Shown piece after piece: positions 12,021-23,600 of a stretch of 39,756 nt of DNA. Position 1 is the stretch's first letter. Every line of letters begins with the position of its first letter. This DNA is from Folioceros fuciformis (Eukaryota). The translations under genes and the position numbers were made by a program. The DNA is taken from NCBI GenBank assembly GCA_049999805.1, contig JBNGIO010006079.1, positions 80,447 through 120,202 of the forward strand. The letters run 5' to 3'. Under the pieces are notes generated by a model. The model had not been told where the DNA came from. It was given only the letters and a program-made list of their open reading frames with translations, and ran no database searches.

Positions 12021-12445
12021 ATGGCCATGTTCTGGCGGATTGCTTTTATCGCCATGCTGGTGTTCGTCGTGGCTGCTACATTTGCTGCGGCGCAGGGGGC
12101 TAATCCCCCTGCGCCCGCTCCGGCTAACGATGGTACGATCCCTACTCCTTGTGTGGTCGGTCTGCTGGTGTGAGGCTTCGGTTTTCATCTATCGGTCGGC
12201 TGGATTGTTTTGTCCTTTGTGTTCCTCTCTTGTCGTAGACTCCACCGTCGTTCTCGCTGTTTCATGCACCGGCTTAAGATTTTGGGCTACTGTCGCTTCG
12301 GCTTCCCTTTGCTGACTGAGGCCCGGGTTTGCTCTCAGGAACTGCCCTCGGACAGGGCTTTGGCATGGTCGCCATGCTGGCAGCCTTTGTAGCCGTTTTC
12401 CTCGTTCAGCCGCTTGGCGCTCACTCTTTCGGGTTCCTTCAGTAG
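12021..12445 (+). CDS. Arabinogalactan peptide (AGP16/20/22/41-like, DUF1070), predicted GPI-anchored; exons 12021-12132 and 12339-12445
   Basis: Spliced product MAMFWRIAFIAMLVFVVAATFAAAQGANPPAPAPANDG|TALGQGFGMVAMLAAFVAVFLVQPLGAHSFGFLQ* has a signal peptide, an AP glycomodule, the family's 'DG...QG' motif and a hydrophobic tail. Intron GTACGA...CTCTCAG. An acceptor-like TTTGCAG just before the ATG suggests a 5'UTR intron. Confidence 0.85.
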
Positions 12446-13559
12446 AGGAGGCTGGAGTCTTAGATCGTCCGGCGCCAATGAGGAAAAGGCGCTCTGTTGT
12501 TATTTGTGCTTCAGGTCACTAATTTGAGAGCCATCCAGCAGCAGACTGCGTCTGTAGACCTGGTGGTTGATGCTCAGTTTTCCTCCATTTATTCTTTTTG
12601 TGACACTTCAGAGCTGTGGTGCTCTTATTCTTGTATACAGCTTTCAGCTTTGATATCTCTGGTTCGCGCTTTGTGGCTGTGTTGATAGTATGTATTACGG
12701 AGTATGAATAAAACTTTTTTGATGAAAATACTGTGTTATACTCTCACTTCCTCTGTACGTTTCTTGTCTCAATCTGATATTTTCAAGCTCGCCATGTTCG
12801 TGATTTCCGTCCACGTGGGTGTTCAATAATTGTCACTTATACAAAGTTTGGAGAGTGCTGAGGTTTTTGAAGATGTCAGCCAGTCACTCATCCTGTCAAA
12901 GATGGACAGGACTACAGGACTAGAGCATCGTACTTGTCAAGGAATCAGGAACGACAAGGGGTATAACGAAAGTAAGCTGATATTTTCTATTTTCGCTTCA
13001 ACGGCCTTTTAACGGTACAGCGAGGTAACAGTGTCCAGACGGAAGTGAGGTGAACTTCAAATTGAGATCTGATCCCATCCGACAAAGGCCGTGACGGCAA
13101 AAGCTTTGTACTATTTCGATTGTAAAGGTTTTCTCTAGAAAGCTCCCCATTCGAAACCTCCTTTATTCCTTGCAGGAGATTCTTTTTTTTAAACCTTTAC
13201 AATATGAGAACAAATAGTCTTCATTTTAATTAACCAAAAACAATTCAAAATAAAAAAATATCCTTCACGAGATTATAAGGAGAAAAAACTCTTAAAACAT
13301 GAAGTTTGCACAAAAGTACAAAACAGGGCAGTGACCTGTTCAACATGTTTACCTTACTATAAATACTTTAAATTTAAAAATCTCTTTACCCTCTTCTATA
13401 CATACATTGATTTTTGTTATATTGGATATTTGAATATGTATATATATTTATATTTATAATATGTATATATATGATCTTTATGAATAAAAAATAGAAATAA
13501 TATCCTATAATTTTTAAAATTAATAGAAATTTTAGAAAGAAAAGAAAGAAGAAAATATG

Positions 13560-13585
13560 ATATATATATATATATATATATATAT
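13560..13585. repeat. (TA)n microsatellite within an AT-rich island (~13150-13800)
   Basis: About 13 TA units are directly visible, and the flanks are far more AT-rich than the rest of the window. Confidence 0.95.
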
Positions 13586-13910
13586 TTACTTGAGACCTCT
13601 TAATTAGAATTAAAACTATTATGATAATTTACACTGCTCATAGTCCATTATTCAACTTCTTTGCCTTTTATGTGTATTAAGATTGTTTGAAAATGGCAAA
13701 ATTTATTAGTAGGGACCAAGCTTATCATTTATTTAATTCAAATATCATGGTTTGACATGGAGTTTAATCTATGTCTAATTCGGTGTGACTCACTTTCATG
13801 TGTGGGAAAGGAATGTGTGGATTCTTTGAATTTAGCTTGACATGGGTTTGTCATGTTGTTGGGTGCTCTCACATTTCAAAACTTGAACCATGGTTGTTTC
13901 TATCACTGGA

Positions 13911-13950
13911 AAGCTTAGATCTCGATGAAGGCTTAGATCTCGATGAAGGC
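13911..13950 (+). repeat. 18-bp tandem duplication (GCTTAGATCTCGATGAAG x2)
   Basis: Two adjacent identical copies are visible. Confidence 0.9.
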
Positions 13951-14326
13951 CAGAAAATGACAAGACGAGAGCAGGAGAATGAAGTGCAGTAAGACAAGAA
14001 GGACTTGTAGCCCCGGTTTACGTACCGTGTTCTTTACTCTAATGGGCACGGCCGTCCAGTTCGCATTACCTAAAGCACAAACCGACGAGATTTAATGTTC
14101 ACGAGAGAATAAATACTCACTCACGTTCCAGTGCGTCACCTTCTAACCCGAAAAACAATGAGAAACTCTTTGGCCGTTAGCATCAACCCGCACTACCAAA
14201 CACGATGGGTACAAGCAGAAAGCAGGAATGTGCTGGCTTGGACAGGCATGAGACAAAAGAACATAAATCGACAGGATGGTCCAATCTCGGACTGGCTATC
14301 AATAGAAAACTTGCAGGCTGGCACTG

Positions 14327-16476
14327 CTAGGTAGTATGTTGTCGTTCGGGGACAAGGATTCGGGACGGCTCCAAACGTAAACTACCGTTTACCCTCTCAA
14401 ACAATGCTATGCAAATGACGAAAATGACGACCCAACCTAGCATACAGGTTCCAACCACACCGTAGAAGTAGCTATCGGGCGTGTCCGGCTCGAAAATTTT
14501 GAGCTCAAAATTCATCCCAAACACCCCTGTTACGGCAAACAAGACGCTGAATGGAAGGAGTCCCGTGGTCAGCCGCACTCGGGTCTCCAGGAGCCAGTTC
14601 TGTCTATCATCTAGTAAGATCCGCATGAAGTTTTTCGTATCAGACACTGTCTCTGAAAGCTGCGGAGACAAACCGGTGGAGTTACTATCAAATACTCAGT
14701 AAACGGTTATGCTGCATACAAGAGCACAGAACGTACATCCCAGACTGTCATGAGGTAGATGGAGTTGCGCACTCACACTTTGCAGCCTGTTGAGAGTACA
14801 GTAAACTTGCCGGAGGTAACACTCTAGAAGCATTTCAAGCTGCTCCACGTTCCGAATCCTCCACCCACTGATCCTGCGGCACCATCAAATATACACTGGT
14901 ATCATGCACGGTTTACTGTTGTGCCACGTGCCCACGTCTACTCAGTCCGATGTGCAACTGGACAGCACATGGATACTAAATATGAGGAACAGGCTGTCCT
15001 TGGGGAACGGGAACCCTCACCTGCGTACTCCTCCGTCCCCGGCAAGATCGCCTTCCTCGGTACTCTTGAGAGAGCAGTGAAACTCTGACAAAGAAGGGCT
15101 GCCAGAATCCTCCGTGAGCTTTTCATTGAGATACATCTGCTCCATGTCCTCATCATCGTTCAGTAGCCTTTCAATTTGACACTGAACCTGCATCCGCCCA
15201 TCTGGCATATTATACTGGCGATAAACTAGATATGTGAGGCAAGACATCAAAGAGAAGAGACTGCTATCCCCACCCCCGTAGTCAATTACCTGCTGAACAC
15301 GCGCTGAAACTCCGGAAATGGTCACCTTGATATGCAGTAAGCGTTTGAGAGTGTGTGTGTTCACATCATGGACGCTGGTGATTTTCTCCAAAAGTGGCTG
15401 AAGCTCATCCTCCAGTTTCCTAGCCTGAGGAGCCCAGCCACAAGACTGAGCACTTATCACATCCACAGAGCCGCACAGGAAATGAAAACGCGTCTACGTC
15501 ACATTTTTGTACCTACCCATCAAAACAAAACAGGACAGCAAAAATTCTATACTGCTCCTTCACACAGAAACGGGAAATGGAGAATGAACCTCGTAGTCCA
15601 AACGACGACACGTCGAGTCCAAGCAAACTTCCAAGGCTTGAAATGCAAACGGTTGCTTAACATAGTCTACTTCCTGCAACGGGCTAGCGTCACTTGTCCT
15701 ACTTCCAAGAAGCTGTTCTCTCCCAGCAAGCTGCAAATCAGGTGTAAGAAACTCTGGACTTCTGAAGTTCTCCAAGGCAAACTGCACTTCTCCCATCCAA
15801 ACTGCAAATCATACGTTGATCTCTTTTCACTTGCGAACATTGTCGGCGGCATAACTTCGCAGCAACTGAGCAAGGGAGACACTCAAGTCACATCGGAGCG
15901 TCCGTTAGCCTTACCCTCGAGATCTAGTGATTCATCAGAACTTCTAGCAGAAGTCTAACCTGCTGAAAGGTTGCATCATCACAAGTTTGAAGCCGCCGTT
16001 GAAGCTCGGCAGCGAAGGACGCCACAGTGGGCTCTGTTACATTGCGAACCAGAATCTTGTTTGCTGTGATGCAAGCTCGGATGTGCTCCAAGAGAATCAC
16101 GATAGCTCGATCCCTGCCCAGAATGCCGGCCGAAATGGACAAGGGACGATCTAGCAGATGCAAATCTGTCCCCGACAAATCAGTCACTCGCATGATCTCA
16201 TGAGCTGTAACAACCTGCCAGCATCAGACCAGCTCGCGTCACTCTTTGCTCCGGCAGAGCTACTTGCAAGTGTCTGCTGCTGCAACAACAAAATATATTG
16301 CTCCTAACAGGGCAGAAATTCACCTGGGACCGGCCGTGGTCATCAATAAGCAACCACAAAGGATTACCGGAATCCTTCTTGAGAGGCCGCAGCACAGGGA
16401 TTCCTAGTATGGCCTCCTCCTCATCAGCCTTCCCATTGGACCAGTCATGCTCAACACTGCTTGAGGGCATCCCCAT
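14327..16476 (-). CDS. MRS2: MRS2/MGT (CorA-like) magnesium transporter, divergent, about 7 exons
   Basis: Exons encode WLLID..G, LHLLD.PLS..A.ILGRDRAIVILLEHIRACITA, PFAFQALEVCLDSTC, LL.DDEDMEQMYL.EK and VEQLEMLLECY. Two C-terminal TM helices carry the GMN signature (VTGVFGMNF). GT-AG junctions were found, for example at 16323 and 15959. Confidence 0.9.
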
Positions 16477-16743
16477 CCACCCGTCGATCGATCGAAATGC
16501 GACTCAAACTGCTACTCTCACAGCCGTTTCCGAGGAAAGTTAGGGTAAGAGGTCGGTGTCCACGGAGACATACATGTCGAAAAGAGGGAACCCATCACAA
16601 CATCTCCCATAAAACGTGAGAGGTGGACCAGGAACAGTGAATCATACAACTACGTGATGCGTGTCAAGCACACCAATGAGTCACACCCACAAACCAAGCC
16701 CACAGCACCAGAAATTTTACAACAGGTGACGGTGCTACCCTAA

Positions 16744-17541
16744 CTAGGGTTCCTCGTCACTATCCATGCTCACGGCCTGCTCAAACTCAGAATCCATGAG
16801 AACACCATCTACAACGTGGATCACATTGGAACCTCTGAATATGTCCGATACCAGGCATGACAAGTTATTTGCTACGAGCCCACGTTTAGAGTCCGAGGTC
16901 ACATACACGATGTACCCAGAAATGGACTCCCACACTGTTTCCGTGCCAGAAGGCGTCGCCGCTGCGAGGATCCTGCTGGGAATGGCACTGAAAGCCAACA
17001 ACCTCGAAACGACTGCTCCCACTGCTTCCGATTTCGCATCATCTGCTGTGGTTAACACCCGTTCTTCTGTTGCAGCTAGTTCGGAAGCTTGCGCAGAGTC
17101 CCTCAAGCTCTTGCGGGAACCCTTCAAAGACACGGACTCCTGCTCTGCAACACCGTTGGTGGAGTTGAGTTCAGGGGGAGGGCGGCCATCCAAATCGGGA
17201 TCCAACGCCGCCTGAATAGTGTACTTAAGGATCTGGGAGAGCGATGCTTCCGAAGGAACGAAAACAGTAAAAGGCAGCTCTCGGTTTAGCATCTCCACCA
17301 TCATCGTCTGCCATTGTCCCAGCCCAAGAGAGCCATCGACAAGCTTACGGTGCACAACAGAGCTGCCACCCGTCACAAAGGGCCCGCCATCTTCGTAAGG
17401 CGAGACCCCGGACAGCAGCAGGAACGCCAGAGACCCTACGAGCAGCACCGCCAGCAACAAGGTCGCTCCCACGGGCGCCGTGGACAATATTCGGGACGCA
17501 TTCCGCTGCCTCCTCGCCTGTATCGTCGTACCGTGATACAT
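16744..17541 (-). CDS. Fasciclin (FAS1)-domain protein with N-terminal signal/anchor, single coding exon, 265 aa
   Basis: Hydrophobic segment LLLAVLLVGSLAFLLL, FAS1 H1-like PFTVFVPSE and H2-like VIHVVDGVLM. Confidence 0.85.
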   Translation of the reverse strand: MYHGTTIQARRQRNASRILSTAPVGATLLLAVLLVGSLAFLLLSGVSPYEDGGPFVTGGSSVVHRKLVDGSLGLGQWQTMMVEMLNRELPFTVFVPSEASLSQILKYTIQAALDPDLDGRPPPELNSTNGVAEQESVSLKGSRKSLRDSAQASELAATEERVLTTADDAKSEAVGAVVSRLLAFSAIPSRILAAATPSGTETVWESISGYIVYVTSDSKRGLVANNLSCLVSDIFRGSNVIHVVDGVLMDSEFEQAVSMDSDEEP

Positions 17542-17726
17542 GCCACCGCTGCATCAGACAACTACACTCCTTTGCAACATCCACCAGCTGCCAACTGCGC
17601 CCATCTCAGCTCCTATCCCTATACCCTAACCTCACCCCGCGCCACAGCTGCAAGTAAAACCTAAAACCGCGCCATGCTGCGTCGCCACGATCGCAAGCGC
17701 AGCTGATCAAGAGCAAGCTCGCAGCG

Positions 17727-18074
17727 TCATTTGCAGTAGCGATCAGCCTTCTTCTTCACCCGCTCGTCCAGCGCCGATTCGCGAGACGTCAGATTCTCCG
17801 GCAGTACGTACCCAAACCTCTTCGTCTCCACTGGAAACAGGTCTTCGTACTTCTTGCTCTTCTTGCCGTCGGGAGCATGCCCCGTGCCGGTGTCTACAAA
17901 GTCCACAACCTCCGGCGCTCCTGCACCAGCATTCTCTTCCACATCTCCCGCTGCATCGTGGACTTCCTTTTGTTTCCTCTTCGAGCTCTTCTTGCTGATC
18001 TTCTTAGCCGGTGCCAATCCACCCTTGAACATCAGCTTACCACCCCGCACCTTCTCATACGACCCCGAAGACAT
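17727..18074 (-). CDS. Small basic nuclear protein with FRG1-like N- and C-termini (115 aa)
   Basis: N-terminus SYEKVRGGKLMFKGG followed by a Lys-rich NLS-like stretch. C-terminus LDERVKKKADRYCK* resembles recalled human FRG1 (..LLDRRAKLKADRYCK*). Confidence 0.75.
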   Translation of the reverse strand: MSSGSYEKVRGGKLMFKGGLAPAKKISKKSSKRKQKEVHDAAGDVEENAGAGAPEVVDFVDTGTGHAPDGKKSKKYEDLFPVETKRFGYVLPENLTSRESALDERVKKKADRYCK

Positions 18075-18328
18075 TGCGCAGGCCTTCCTATGTCCAGTGC
18101 AAATCTTCTCCTCTTGTAATTAGAAGGCTCCAAGCTGAAAACGAAGATCCTTAGCTTGTCTTGCAATTCAAAGCACCCAAAGCTGAAAACGATGATCCAT
18201 AGCTCGGAAAGACAGCAGGGGAGTGATCCACCAGTGATATCCTTGGCTTATCTAGCCTACCGTGTCGTCCTCTAGTTTGGCTCTTAGCCGCTTCCGAGCC
18301 TAGAGTTCCACCGAAACTTCTCTCACGA

Positions 18329-18337
18329 TTAGGGTTT
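18329..18337 (-). promoter_or_regulatory. Telo-box (AAACCCTAA) in the divergent FRG1-like/EIF1AD promoter region
   Basis: TTAGGGTTT on + at 18329-18337, with a near copy TTAGGGTTG at 18369. Telo-boxes are typical of plant translation, ribosome and RNA-processing gene promoters and leaders. Confidence 0.55.
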
Positions 18338-18732
18338 CGGCTGATTTCGAGTAGACTGTCTGTCACAATTAGGGTTGAGCTACTGTCCAGACGCGCGAAC
18401 GATGAAGATGTGTGCTGCAATTGAGCTTGAGAGGAGGGAAGGCGAGGAGTTGCAAGGGGAGGTCACAGCCACGGCGCGACGATTTGCCGTGCTTTTGGAA
18501 AGTCCTTGCTTTCGGAAATGGAATATCAGCTTCCTTCCTTGGCGTTCGGACACGAAATTAGTATGTAATCTCTATATAAGGAGTGGAAGGAAACATAAGT
18601 TTATTAGCAAGAGGTGAATAAGCAAAAGGAGGGACACACTACCAAGAGGTGGATAAGGAATAGGAAGGACAAAATCACTAAGGCCGTGTCGAGGCAAAAT
18701 CGAAACATTTTAGTGTATCGAGGTCTGTGGAG

Positions 18733-19239
18733 ATGGGGAGAGGAAGGAAGATCATGAAGCAGGAGGTGCTGCTGGGAGGTATGCAGCCTGGAGAGGGGCA
18801 GAAGGTGATGCGGGTGCTGGCGCTGCGGGGATCCAACGTGATCGAGGTGGAGGATAGCCAGGGCCGGGCCACATTGTGCAAGTTGCCGTCCAAGATGATC
18901 AAAGTGCTATGGGTGAAGAGAGGCACGTTTGTGATCGTGGACGAGGGAGACCGGGATGTGCTGGAGGCTAAGGGCTCCAAAGTGACGGGCACCGTGGCGC
19001 AGGTGCTGTACGAGGAGCACCGGCGGGACCTGGAGAAGATGGATTGGTGGCCAGTGGAGTTTAGGTCAAGTGTGCCGAAGCAGGAACATCCGCAAGCGGC
19101 GGCAGCGCGTGCCCCGGCCGTCTCGGATGAGGATGAAGACGACGACGACGACGGATTGCCTCCCTTGGAAATGAACAGCAACAGAGTGGAGCCTGTCGGG
19201 GACTATGTGGAGTCGGATAGTGATGAAGGAGAGGAATAG
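18733..19239 (+). CDS. EIF1AD: Probable RNA-binding protein EIF1AD (eIF1A-like S1/OB fold), single exon
   Basis: RVLALRGSNVIEVED, LCKLPSK..K.LWVKRGTFVIV, KV.G.V.QVL, WWP.EF, and an acidic tail with DDDGLPPLEMNSNR are typical of EIF1AD. Confidence 0.9.
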   Translation: MGRGRKIMKQEVLLGGMQPGEGQKVMRVLALRGSNVIEVEDSQGRATLCKLPSKMIKVLWVKRGTFVIVDEGDRDVLEAKGSKVTGTVAQVLYEEHRRDLEKMDWWPVEFRSSVPKQEHPQAAAARAPAVSDEDEDDDDDGLPPLEMNSNRVEPVGDYVESDSDEGEE

Positions 19240-20676
19240 ACCTCTAGGACATTCCTTGACATGGCCAGCAATGCAGCTGGTCTAGACGGAAGAGGAGTGC
19301 CCGCAGGCTGCAGCAAACCGAATCCGAACCAGGTCCATGCCGACGGATTTGTTGGTGGACATGACCATACTGATTGCAGCTCGTCTTAGTCCTGCTGTTG
19401 GAGCAATGGAGGTTCAGGTGGATCTGATCGGTGCAAAGCTAAGGCCTCTGTGTAGCTGAGAACACAAAGCAACTTCTCAGACTGCTTCCAAGAACGGAAT
19501 GGTGAAGCCATCAGATCAGAGAACCTCGGTGAAGGATGTGCGTGTTTCTGGTTGTAGAGATGATGTGCAGGATTAGGGTCAGACCCGGCGTATTTTGGGA
19601 GCCAAGAGTCCAGATGTAGAGGGCAAGCTTCCCAGGCTACAGGTGTCCGGCCTTTTGCCCTCGCTGACAACACAGGTTGCTCAATGGCACCATCAATGGG
19701 CTCACCATCAATGCTTGCATAAGCTTTGCAGACTGGTCTCCAGCTCGGAAGTTCATGTTGACCATGTGCCAGCTTTTCCCTGGCGATGTTTTCATATTGA
19801 GGTAGAATACTTATTCATGTTTCTGCAAGCGCAAAGTCGATGCCAGGTGCATCTCGGCCGTGATGGCACAGAGTGCCACCTTTGCGCGCTTGTATGTGGA
19901 ATTTACTGTTGTCCGCTCTGTGGGAAACCATTAAAACGCGTTTCCTTAGTGAATTGTTAACTTTTATATGCGTATTATGAAATTCGATTTACGTTCATAC
20001 AGACCTACGATGTGTATACATGCCACGAACTTTACACGTTTCAATAGAGCGTTTGAACTGGACTCCCGGGTTCGTTGGTTGAAATGGCGCGACTGACAAT
20101 ACTACATACAGTGTGCGCACCACCCGAGTTGGCGCCCCCGCCGTGCCTCGCGTTTTTGAATGCACACAGGCCCACCTCAGATCGGAGGTTCTCTGTGCTC
20201 GCGGAGCCCAAACATTTTTCAAGGCTAGGTTGCGCGCTCCAGGCGCCTCAGGTTTGATTCCCTGCCTGTCCTTCTCGGCGGCTTCCAAATGTTCCTTGTC
20301 GCTCATTCTAGTGCGATGTTCTCTCCTTGAGCTCAGCCCTGATATGCATGGCGGAGACGTGAGAGTCGATTTCCGGCTTCTCGTGCATGCGGCATTCTGC
20401 TGATTGATCGTTATTTGCTGAAGGATGGAGATTGCTGCTTGCCTTCACTGATCAGTCTGACACCCGTGACGAGGGCACGGAAATCTGAAATCGTGTATGG
20501 CAGTTTAGAAATTTGGTATAGGCAGATCCAGCTGGTGAGGGCAGGAGTGCGCGTGCGGGTTGCGGATCGGGATTGTGGAAGGAAATAAGGGGCCGGGAAC
20601 GGGACCGGGAAGGGGCCAGGGGTGGAGAGGAGTGTGGAGCATGGTTGAAGTGTAGAGTGTCTCCTCTTGAGACAGA

Positions 20677-23600
20677 ATGAGGAAATCTGTGTTGATACAG
20701 GCTGGACGGCGGCACTTGGATCTGGAAAGAGTAGACCTGATTGACATCTGTCACGAGGATGACGATCTTCTGCTCGCTGGCGGGGGCGAAGGGAACGGGA
20801 GCTATCCGCTGACTGAGAACCAGGGGTCATCGTCCCCGCGTCGAGGAACGGAGGAGAAGGAGCCTTTCTCGTCCAGAAATATGAACGTCATCCAGGAGGG
20901 ATTCGCTGTTCAAGGTCGCTTTCAGTCTTCGTTGCTCGGAGGATTAGTATTTGGTGGTTGGTTGACGTGACGTGTGACTGTTGGCTGCGCAACTGTCACC
21001 ACGCATGCTTTGTTTGTGTTTGAGGGGGCCTGTAGCTGTGGTGTGGAGTGGCTGATTCGGGATGTGTTTGTTGCTGCAGGAAACTATGTCAAGAACGGCC
21101 AGGATGCCCTTGCTCGTGGCAAGAGCTTCCAGCAGTCGGAGCTAGCCAGTGTCCCTTCCAGTTTGCCTGACAACGTGGAGGATGTGCCAGTGAAAAGGAA
21201 AATTAAAGGACGAACCAACCTCCGAAAGAGTTTAGCTTGGAACAAGGCATTTTTCACTGACGAAGGTAAGGTCAAGGTGTTTTCAGGGTGTTTGGGACGT
21301 GTCTTAGGAGATGTCGAGCTGAGGTGCTGCCGATCCTTGGTGCAGGAGTGCTTGACGTGGATGAGCTTCAAATCATGTCCAAGACTCCCAAGAAGCCTGT
21401 GCAGCTGCCAGTAATTGAGATTCCTGACCTCCCAAAGCCTTCTGGAAGGGTGACATCCAAGGAGCCTGCGGATCCGTTACAGTCTTCGGGAACCGTTGCG
21501 TTGGGTGCTGAGGCTTCAATACCTACAGCTGAGAAGTTGGGTTTGGCTGCAGAGGCCTCAGTTGTTGAAGCTGGGAAATTGATTAGTACTGGCGTGGCTG
21601 TGGAAAGCTCTGAAAGGCAGGAGCTCGCTCATAGCAGCAGCTCTTTGAATACCTCTATCCGGGACGTCATGCCTGGCGGCTCGAAAGTGCCATCGAGGAC
21701 TGCGGCAACGAGGAGCGCGGCTTCAAGCATTGGTGGTGGGAAGCCGAGTTCGTTGAGTCTGCAGGGTAACAGCAGTAAACTTCTTGCTGTTACGGATGTA
21801 TTCTCAAAGACTAAAGCTGCGTCGAGTCTCAAGCATGAAGTAGCGTCAAGGGGCAAACTGGAGGGCTTATCAAAGGCGAAGTTGGATACATCATCGAAGA
21901 CCAAGTCTGAGGCTGCTCCGAAGTCTACATATAATCTGCGATCCAAACTCCACCTTCAAGCGAAAGCTGGAGATTCCTCCAAGCAGATCACCACTCTGAA
22001 AACCCGCAGTGGCAGTAGTGCAGTTGCAAAACAGGACGTTGCTGTCTCTAGTAGCTCTGCATCCATTCCAAAGGCTAAAGCGTCAGGATTACGAATGCCT
22101 GCACCAAAGCTTGGCTTCTTTGAATCAGTAAGTAGTCGCTGAAATTCAAAGCTTGTTGTCCTCATTCGTCTTGAGTTGCTGTAATGAAAGGCCTTGTGCC
22201 CACCTTTGAGTTCACCGTTGCTGTGTGGGATGCTGGTTGATGTAGGCAAGGACAAATTCTACACCTAGCTTGCCAGACAAGTCCGGTGTGGCTGGTTCAA
22301 ACACCGGCGGTGGTCCTGTCGCAGGACGAAGTTTGCCACCGAGGGTGCCTGAGGTCAGTGCACGAACAAAGCCCCCAACTGGGAGAACAGCGTTGACTGT
22401 GGATCCTTTGGCAGCTGCAGTGCATGCTATTGCTCAATCCGGCATCCCTTCAGCTCCTCACTTGAGAGTCAATTCCTACAGTTTAAGATCTAGGGCTGCT
22501 TCTGCGTCTGCTCCAGCATCCCCTCACAAAGGTAGGGCCTCTTCTGGCTCAGCTCCGGCTTCGCCTCAGAGAGGCAATCGACGGATGTTATCCTCTGGGG
22601 CCGATCAAAGTCGACAAGGTACTACTGCTACCTCACCGGCCAAGATGGAGACTAGGCATGATGCTCGCGTCAAAGCCCAGAATCATGATTCTCCTGCAAG
22701 GAAGTCAAACAGTGGTGCAGGGCAACTTGAATTGGCCGTGGCTGGGAGTTCCAGATCGAAATTCAAAGACTCTTTAAAGGGAAGCTCTGTCAGGTCTTCA
22801 CCAGGGTTGCAGTCAAGGCCAGGAACAGGTTTGGGCGGTGGTTTACATGCAGTTCCTGAGCATGGAGGGCAAAATGTAATTCCTCGTGCCCCAGCGGAGC
22901 CTGCCAGGTCCATATCAGGTGTGGTGGTGTCACAGCTCATGAAATATTCTGGAACCAGTGCCAGTCCACCTCTGCCAAGCAGTGGACCTGGGCCTCGGTT
23001 GGTCAGATGTACTTCCTCTCCCATGGTCCTCAACAGAAATCCCTTGCCTTCTACAGTGCCTGGGAAAAGTCCTCTGGCAAATGAAACACCGAAGAAGGAG
23101 AGCAGGTCTTTATTTTCTCTTGCCCGCAAAGCAGTCAGCAGATTGACTTCATCAAGCAGTTCCCCGAAGGAATCAGGTCCGGATAAGGAAAATGGACGTG
23201 TCCTGTCCCCTGCAGCATCCAAGAAGACCAGGCGCTTCTTCGACTCGGTATGTGCCTTTCATCCATTTGGATTCCTTGCTTCTTGCTCTTCTAGATTTTG
23301 TTGGTGGCGCTTTTTTTTTTCCAAGAATGCTAGGCTGAAGCATCTTCTGGTGCAGGCAAGGACGACTGAGACATCTACCCCACCAGATAAATCCGGATTA
23401 TCCAGTTCCAAAGGTGGCATCGTTCCTCTTGCTGGGAGAGCTTTACCACCCAAGGTTCCTGAGAGCAATGGTCAGCCCAAGCTGCCTAGCCCTCCAGTTG
23501 TGAGAGCTGCTCAGTCAATGGATCCATCAGCCGCTGCAGTGCACGCTGGTGCTCATTCCAATATCCCGCCAGCTCCTCATCTGAGAGGAAGTGACAGCAC

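Noticed and set aside
23248..23355. Hydrophobic Cys/Phe/Trp segment inside the 909-aa ORF
   Set aside because: It is a 108-nt GT-AG intron with a poly-T tract that happens to be in frame, and it mirrors intron 22128-22245.
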